Shown here piece by piece: positions 56,366 through 64,000 of a stretch of DNA of 64,000 nt. Position 1 is the first letter of the stretch. Each line of letters starts with the position of its first letter. This stretch comes from Octopus vulgaris (taxonomy: Eukaryota). Location of the stretch: assembly GCA_951406725.2 (NCBI GenBank), contig OX597828.1, forward strand, positions 8,494,001-8,558,000, read 5' to 3'. Below the pieces are notes generated by a model. The model was not told the origin of the DNA. It saw only the letters and a list, made by a program, of their open reading frames with translations, and searched no databases. Position numbers and translations under genes: made by a program.

Positions 56366-56665
56366 CTAGCAGTATCGCCCAGCGTTGCTCGGGTTTGTAA
56401 GGGAAATAACTATATAAGCATCTTTAGAGAGTTACTTTCTTTATATAATAGCAAAAAAATGCATTAAAAATGGGAAAAAATGATGGTAAATTTTTTTTTT
56501 AAATCGTACACTCATCGTAGACGCGCGCTAATACCCTGAAGGGCTCGAAATGAATCACGACTATACGATACCCGATTTTGGTTAAACTGCGCCGCAAAAT
56601 GTGGGAGTAGTTAGGAATCTAAATCGTAAGAGACAGACACACAACTTCACTTTTATAGATAAAGA
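56366..56665 (-). mobile_element. Non-autonomous Helitron (300 bp)
   Basis: Minus strand A|TC...CCCGAGCAACGCTGGG-cgatactg-CTAG|T; no TSD. Confidence 0.85.
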
Positions 56666-56777
56666 TAATGGAGAAATACACGTCGGACCGAATTATTACT
56701 TGACAAAATTTAAGGCGAATTCTGTGATGCTCACATTTTACTAGCTGACTTCATATGCTGATATTTAGTATCCTGTA

Positions 56778-56975
56778 CTACGGCCATGCTGGGGCACCAC
56801 CTTGAAGAATGTTTTAGTTGAAGGAATCGATCTCAGTGCTTATTTGTTTTTTAAAGCCTGGTATTTATTTTATCGTTTTTCTTTTGCCGAACCACTAAGT
56901 CACGGAGACATAAAAACACCAATAGCGGTTGTCAAGTGGTAGTAGGGGAAAAACACAGACATGAAGACACACACA
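56778..56975 (-). mobile_element. SINE family A, 3' half
   Basis: cggccatgctggggcaccaccttg...ttgccgaaccactaag. Confidence 0.75.
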
Positions 56976-57094
56976 CATATACACACCCATGTATATGCAT
57001 ACATGCATACATTAATACACACACACACACATACACATAAATATTTCCTGAAGACAAACATATAAAGAATATCATGTTATACATATATATGTAT

Positions 57095-57132
<38 letters not shown>

Positions 57133-57299
57133 ATATATATGTATGTATATATATAGGTAAAAAGTAAGTTATTACCCCAAAGCGATTACCAGTTTGCTCT
57201 CAGTTAGTTATTCAAAATATATTATTGAACCGTTGACACATAATTCCAATAAAGTTCTTATAAAATAAGAAATTAGATGAACAAGTCTTATAAGTTATT

Positions 57300-58640
57300 T
57301 TGGTAAAGAAAGACCCAACTCTGAAAACAGAGACGAAGTTGTCACAGATCTTGATCAAGAATTATGATCACTTTACACCAATGAAGTATAGACAACTGAT
57401 TCAACACTACAGTAAACTACCACACGTGTAAGCTCTCCTTAAGATTCACAAAGATGGTATTCCATTAAGACATTAAGCTGTAGAGGTTCAGCATGTCATC
57501 CACTGACCCGCTTTCTTGTGGATATAATCAGTCCATTAGCCGGAAAGTCAACATCATACGTGAAGAATTCCACCCACTTCACAGAATTGATCATGGATAT
57601 CCCCATTGAATCCAACCAGATTGTGAGTCTAGATGTGATAAGTCTGTTCACCAAAGTCCCAACTAGTGAAGCACTATTGGTGATTCAAGAAAAACTAGTG
57701 ACAAAAATCCATCTAAAAGAACGCACTAGTATACCAATAAGAAATTTGATGGAAATGTTGACCTTGTTTGTAGAAACTACCTATTTCAGCATGGACACTG
57801 ATATATATCGAGTGTATATATATATATATATTTCAAGAAGAGTGTTTAACTCTGGATTCACCATTATCACTGAAAATAGCCAATATATACATAGAATACT
57901 TAGAGGATTAGACTTTAGGATCAATACCACTAAAACAAACGCTATGGCTGCGATATGTTGATGACGCCTTTATTCCCTGGCCCCACCAGGATGATGTCCA
58001 AGTGCTGTTAGATCATGTAAACTCAATAAAGCCATCCATACAGTTCACAATGGAAAAGGTAAAAGACAATCATCTAGCATTCCTATACCGCAAGCCGACC
58101 TTCACTGGACGATACCTTAACTTCAATTCCCAACATCCATACAGTGTAAAGAGAGAAATTGCTCAGTGCCTAAAACATCGAGCCAAGAATATTAGTAGCG
58201 ATCGTGATACCCACCACGAAGAAATGATCAAGCTCACTAACAATCTATTAAGCAACAACTACCCTAAAAGCATACTATCTACTCCAATTATGAAGAGAAG
58301 AGAGCATGAAACCAATAAACTGTCTACAGTCTGTTTTCCCTATGGGAAAGGCCTCTCCGAAAATATACAAAAGATATGCGGCCCATAATGCATCAGGGCA
58401 GTATTCAAGAGTAATACAACACTTCGCAAATATCTCCTTCAGTTAAAACAGCCAATAGAAGAGGATATGACCAAGAACTGTGTGTACTCCATCCCATGCA
58501 GCTGTGGTAGGTTACACAAAGGCGAAACATGCCACCCCCTCAAAATAAGAGTAGACAAACATCACAAAGCCGTGACACGGGAAGATATTGATGAATCTGT
58601 TATAGCTGATCATGTATGGAAAATGGAGACCACCTTCCCC
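57300..58640 (+). mobile_element. Penelope-like element RT plus GIY-YIG, pseudogenised
   Basis: KIHKDGIPLR, SYVKNSTHF, SLDVISLFTKVP, WLRYVDD, QFTME, YRKPTFTGRYLNFNSQHP, VYSIPCSCGRLHKGETCHPLKIRVDKH; frameshifts. Confidence 0.92.
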
Positions 58641-59130
58641 TGCAGTTTACTCAAAAAATGAAGAGGCATAATGTTATTGTAGTTATAAATGCTGAGCATA
58701 GCGGTTTAGAAATATCTCGAAGTTTAAAATTTGCCAGGTCTTTCCCCTTCAAAATTTTTAAGGAGCTAGAGACTGAAGATGGAAATGTATCACCAGTATC
58801 ACAGCATAAGAAGCATTGTAATAGTTATGAAATTATCAGAACACCTGAATTTATGCAGTAAGTCTAACAGACCATTGATTACAATCACAGAAATCCATGA
58901 GTCCAATTGCAAAAGAACTCTATTTGTCAAAAGGAACAGTCAGAATTATTGTCCATGAAGACATTAGATATAAGTCTTATATAATGAGGGAAGGTCAATT
59001 TGCCAGAAAAGGCAAAAGATCATCACTACATCTGATTTAAAAGGTTCTTAAACAAACTGAAATATCCAGCTGAAGAAGAGTTCATTTGTTTTTTCTCAAA
59101 CGAGGAAAACTTCGAACAAGATCAAAAAGT
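58640..59130 (+). mobile_element. Tc1/mariner-superfamily transposase N-terminal remnant
   Basis: IRTPEF...IAKELYLSKGTVRIIVHEDIRYKSY (HTH) and FFSNEENF (decayed first catalytic FSDEK motif). Confidence 0.7.
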
Positions 59131-59154
59131 ATATATATATATGTATAATATATG

Positions 59155-59237
<83 letters not shown>

Positions 59238-59632
59238 GTATATATATATTTGCCTGTGTGTGTATGTATATATGTATACAAGAAAAGTATTAAGATCTAC
59301 GGGTTTCAGAAATTCGTGACACAAGAAGAAAATTCTCTATTAATTTCTATAAACAACGTAACTTACATGTCCATATAACATGTAAATCTTAGTAATTCGT
59401 ATAAGCAAATGAAATTCCTGTAATAGAGATTGAAGAATCCCAACATAGTTCCATTTTCCTATTTTGTTATTCAACAATTCTGCAAATATTTTCCTAATTC
59501 TCATTCAATATGATTTGATTTGCATATACCAGTAGCAACGATTACATATTGATTATTATAATGGTATAAACAGATGTGCTTCAAGAGAATAAACAGTTGA
59601 GATTTACCCCAAATGCCTATATAATTTTTAGT

Positions 59633-59754
59633 TGGTGTGTGGTAAGAAGCTTCTTTCCTAACCACATGGTCTCGGTTTCAGTCCCTCTGCGTGGTTACTT
59701 CTTGCCAAAGGCTTGTGAGTGGATTTGGTAGACGGAAACTCAATAAAGACCGTC

Positions 59755-59757
<3 letters not shown>
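59633..59757 (+). mobile_element. SINE family A, 5' part
   Basis: tgtgtggtaagaagctt...aaccacatgg...gtgagtggatttggtagacggaaac. Confidence 0.8.
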
Positions 59758-59784
<27 letters not shown>

Positions 59785-59791
<7 letters not shown>

Positions 59792-60017
59792 GGGAATCAA
59801 TTCAAACTTACAGGGAAAAATTAGATTTAGGATTAAATCCAATTTTATAGCATAAATATATTATATTATATTATATTAAATTAGAGATAAAACCACTATT
59901 AGGCAAATCAAAGAGTGAAAAACATAAGCCAATACATAAAATTAATTTAAAAATATAAAAGTTAAGAATAAAAAATTATTTAAATAATTTAAACTTATAA
60001 ATTTTATATATATATAT

Positions 60018-60065
<48 letters not shown>

Positions 60066-61220
60066 ATTTTTATATTTATATATTATTTTATTAATTAATT
60101 AATTAATTAATTTATAATTTTTTTTTTTTAAATATCAAAAGTATTAAAAGTTTAATAAAAGATAAAGAGTAAAACACTACGATCGTTTCATGGCTGTACC
60201 AATTCGAATAAAAATATTTTAAATTCAATTGATAATTCGAGTTATGGTTACAGTCAATCTTCAGGTTAATTGAAATATTTTTAAAATAATCAGAAATATT
60301 TAAACAATATTTTAAAGATATAAGTATTATAATAATTTTACTTATAATAAACTCTATTATCAAACTAGAAACTTAAAACTTAACAATCATGATTATATCA
60401 AAATCGATTATAATGCTAAATATTAATTTTAATTTATAAGGTAAGAAACCCACCAATAATCTAATATCGGTAATATTCTATATCTAATTACATAAATATT
60501 AAAATAAAAATGACTATTATATATAAATTATCAATGCAAATATATAAATGTATATAAATATTATAATTAAGATCTAAAATAATCTCTATAAATAAATATA
60601 TATGCACATATAATAAAGACCTAATAAATTAATTTTTCATATTTAAAGATGAAATAGCTAATTTCAAAAATACAAACAAACAAACTTAAACGAACTTTTG
60701 GAAATCTTATTTAAAATACTTATAGAAATAATCAATTCGTAGTTATATAGTATCGAATAAATACTATAAATACTATAAATATAATTATCAATGGGAATAA
60801 CTAGCGAATATCAATTTAAAAAGACAAATACTAAGTTATGCTATTAAGTTAGACATGGCCTGGACCAATCTTTAGTCGAAACATATCTAAGTTTATCAAA
60901 GTTTATCTAATTTTAATCATAAGAAATTTAAAACTACAGTTAATACTATTAATACATGTATATACAAAAGCCTAACTTTAGGCACCACGTATACGTGCTA
61001 TCAAACAACAAATCTATCGCTAAGTAATATCTTACGAATAAACTTAAATTTAATATCTAATAATATAGAAAATTGCGATAATTAGATCATTACATAAACA
61101 ACGATATATACATAAGGAAAATATTATTACACCAAAGACTTATAAAATATTAAAATTTACAATCTAAAGATCTTAAATATAAATAAATACTTATCTTAGC
61201 GAGGTTTTACACACATTAAT
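59785..61220. mobile_element. Extremely AT-rich pLTR-like composite element
   Basis: Start is homologous to 22640-22720 (reverse); carries an HHR motif; flanked by (TA)n. Confidence 0.45.
60175..60267 (-). ncRNA. Type I hammerhead-like motif with extended stem II
   Basis: Minus strand AAC-CTGAAGA-T-TGACTGTAACC...(45 nt)...GGTACAGCCA-T-GAAA-CGATCG-TA-GTG; stem I only 2 bp. Confidence 0.65.
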
Positions 61221-61439
61221 ATTTATATATATATAATGCACACACATTTATGTGTGTGAGTTCGAAACGTCGATGTGTTGGAAGGAGTTTAACTTCAAGC
61301 AAACCTTAGTAAAATATATCAGAGAAAAAAAAAACTTTCAGGAACGGTAATGGTTTATTGGTTTATTGAGGTAGAAGGATGTGGACGTTTTCCTTATCTA
61401 AGTATGTTAAGCTGAAAAAAATCATCCTCTCTTTCTCTC

Positions 61440-62075
61440 TTCACGAAAGAAACAAAAAATCCAAGACAGGTGGTGTAGAAAACAAATAGAAATATTAGTA
61501 TAACGCTCGGGAATTGAAAAGGTCTTTAACGTTTCGAGTCTACGCTCTTCCACAGAAAGGAATGCAGAAAAAAACAAGGACAGAATCAAGGAGAGAAAAA
61601 TATGTGTGTAGTGGCTACCGATCTATCATGGCGAATGCCGGACAGAAGGGTCACACATGGGAGCTAAGGAATAGGGGAGATAACAAAGTAGCAGTGATCT
61701 CAAAACGAAGGTGCGCGTGTGTGTATGAGAGTACGTATGTGCTTGTGAAATAATGCTGGTTATCTTGACGTGTGCGTGTGTGTATGTGTAGGTGTGAAAA
61801 TGTGGGGATGGGAATTGGTCAGTGATGGTGTGTGCGTGGGGTGTGTTGTGATGTGATGTGTTGTGTGTGGTATGATGTAGTGTGATGTGGTGTGATGTTG
61901 TTGGGAGGTGAGGGAGGCGAGAGTGGGGTAAGCACGGGTTGGGTGTGGGTTAGGTTGAAGGTTGGGGTAGCGTTGGGGTATGTGGGTAGGCAGAGGTTGG
62001 TGGTAGAGGTGAGGTTTGTGGGAGAGGGTGTAAGGGATGGGATGGGGTGGGATGTGAAGGATAGGAAAGGTATAT
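61440..62075 (-). mobile_element. Family P1 non-autonomous PLE-like element (HHR-like motif 61523-61560)
   Basis: Minus strand CCTTT-CTGTGGAA-GAGC gtag ACTC-GAAA-CGTT-AAAGA; colinear with 43258-43808. Confidence 0.75.
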
Positions 62076-64000
62076 AGGATGTATATATATATATATTACA
62101 TCCTCAAATACGTATATATATGAGTTTACATATGTTCAACAATGTATTCAACCATCCGTCCGTCCATCCACCCATACATTCATATATATATGTTTACTCA
62201 AGTATGTATAGTATGTATACGCTACTCTGCATTCAGAATTGTATCATTTCTTAATTAATGTTTTAACTTTCTCTTAATTATGGGCGATATTCTTGAACAC
62301 TAAATTAATATGCGAATTCATATATATTTCTTTTTCAAGGTGGTGCTTATCATTTTGCCGTTTTCAAGACTTTTCTACCGATTATTTACCGGAATTTCCA
62401 CACCTTTCTTGTCACTGAGTTACAATACATTTTCTTTAGTTCCACAAATATTTTAAAGGACCGGTCTTTTATCTGCAACTTAGGATTGTTTATGGAATGA
62501 GATTTAGTCGCAGTTTTCTTCTACACCTGCTATAAGCTGGTTGGTGTTCTTGTAGCTAACTCCTACAGTCTTATTCTGTTTTGAGAAATGACATTTCAGC
62601 ATAGATATAAAATATTTATCCTTGACCATCTTCTATGTTTAGATCTTTCTAGGGTTGCATTATACAACGTCTCCTACATTATTAAGGACCACTATCAAGG
62701 GCCAGTTCCTCCACCAGGAGGCATTCATTCCAATCATCAAACTAAAAATAAACACAGTGACTCCGATCACAAGTTTAGGGAATAAAACTTTAACTCCTTG
62801 TCTCAACGATATGTGCAGACATCCTCTCAGCTTAAATTGGTTGGTTACTTGGCTCAACAGGATCACTCCTTATTTTCTATTTGGTGTAATTAATATATTT
62901 ATGAATATTGCTATTAAACGTCTCCAGTGGCATCGCAATCACAGAAATGGTATAACGCCAAATTATTTCGCCGAATTTGCTTTAAATCCCTAGTGGCGCA
63001 TCATGGGATTGCTTTAATTGGCCGTATCCACAATTTGCATTGATGTCATGCCAGCAATTAAATTCGATATAATTGTAAATTTCATTTGAATAACAAATTT
63101 CATCACAGCATTTATGCATAAGGTATTCTCTTTGCTTTGGTCGATTCTCATGAATAATGTTTTAAAATTAGTAACTAATGGAATAATGTCTTAAAATTAG
63201 TAACTAATGTATAATGGTAGCTAATGTGTATAAACCAGCGAGTCAATAATGTCATAGCGAAATCTTTGTCTCCATTAACGTATTTAAGGACAAATACATC
63301 TATAATCTCATATGAATTATCTATATGAGATTTGCTGCTGTGAATAAGTTAATAACTATATCATTTCCCACTAAAGTGGCAAACCGTAACATAAGCATTC
63401 TGCTGCCAAATATTGGTATGTTGATTAAGGTCTAAACCATCAAGTAATGTATATATGTACAAGAAATAAATTCTTTTAAAACATGTCAAATATTTCAAAA
63501 TAAATGTCAATAAAATTGAAATATAAAATGCTTGTTATAATTCAGTTTTGTCATCTCACCCGTTATTTGTATTCGTTCATTACCTCTCATATTTCATTCT
63601 TAATTTCATTCAGATTCTAGATTTTCGCTCTTTCTATATCGCCAGTTACTAACATAATTCCTGTTCGAGATGGATGTACTGTATAACGCCGTCCTTATGA
63701 GTACTAGAACTCATAACAGACAAATCTGAGTATCCTCACTGTAATATCTATTACAGTTTAAGCAGTCATTTTCGATAAATTAGTAGCCTTGTCATGCTTC
63801 TCTGCGTTAACTGTTGTTGTTATTTAGTCTCAAGTGAAATTGTTATGAAGCAGACAACAATCATAAGTATACCAATAAGTGTGCCCTGTCTCTTTGGTGT
63901 TGGACTGCGTTAGATAATATATTCCGGCACACATATAAGCAGCAGGGTACGAATTCGATTGAGATTTTGCGACTGATTTTATTATATTGGATCCCTTATA

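Noticed and set aside
59070-59125. CTGAAGAAGAG...CTC resembling an HHR
   Set aside because: No GAAA or stem III; better explained as transposase coding remnant
61900-62070. G-rich tract with G-quadruplex potential
   Set aside because: Low-complexity part of family P1; G-run spacing differs from the 43258 copy, so no evidence of a conserved function

Overview
AT-rich, microsatellite-dense eukaryotic DNA (intronic or intergenic). I could not support any host protein-coding exon. The repeat content (tRNA-derived SINEs with internal CA/TA tracts, R4/Dong-like LINE pieces, very abundant (TA)n/(ATT)n) looks like a coleoid cephalopod, probably Octopus; this is inferred, not tested. Nearly all listed ORFs are microsatellite translations (YIYI, CVCV, HTHT, poly-I/L/Y). 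The real coding remnants are all decayed transposons: Penelope-like (PLE) RT and GIY-YIG fragments, R4/Dong RT and RLE-endonuclease fragments, RTE tails, a CCHC ORF1, and mariner/Tc1 transposases. Non-coding mobile DNA includes at least four SINE families, two non-autonomous Helitrons and a Helentron-like element. The strongest unexplained signal is about 12 type I hammerhead-ribozyme (HHR)-like motifs from several unrelated sequence families, mostly in short elements at (TA)n arrays. Several have atypical architecture: 60-70 nt stem II inserts, a mismatched 10.1-11.1 pair, or a recurrent CUGUNGAA core. The window also holds many long inverted repeats. All alignments and folds were done by eye, so element boundaries are approximate.
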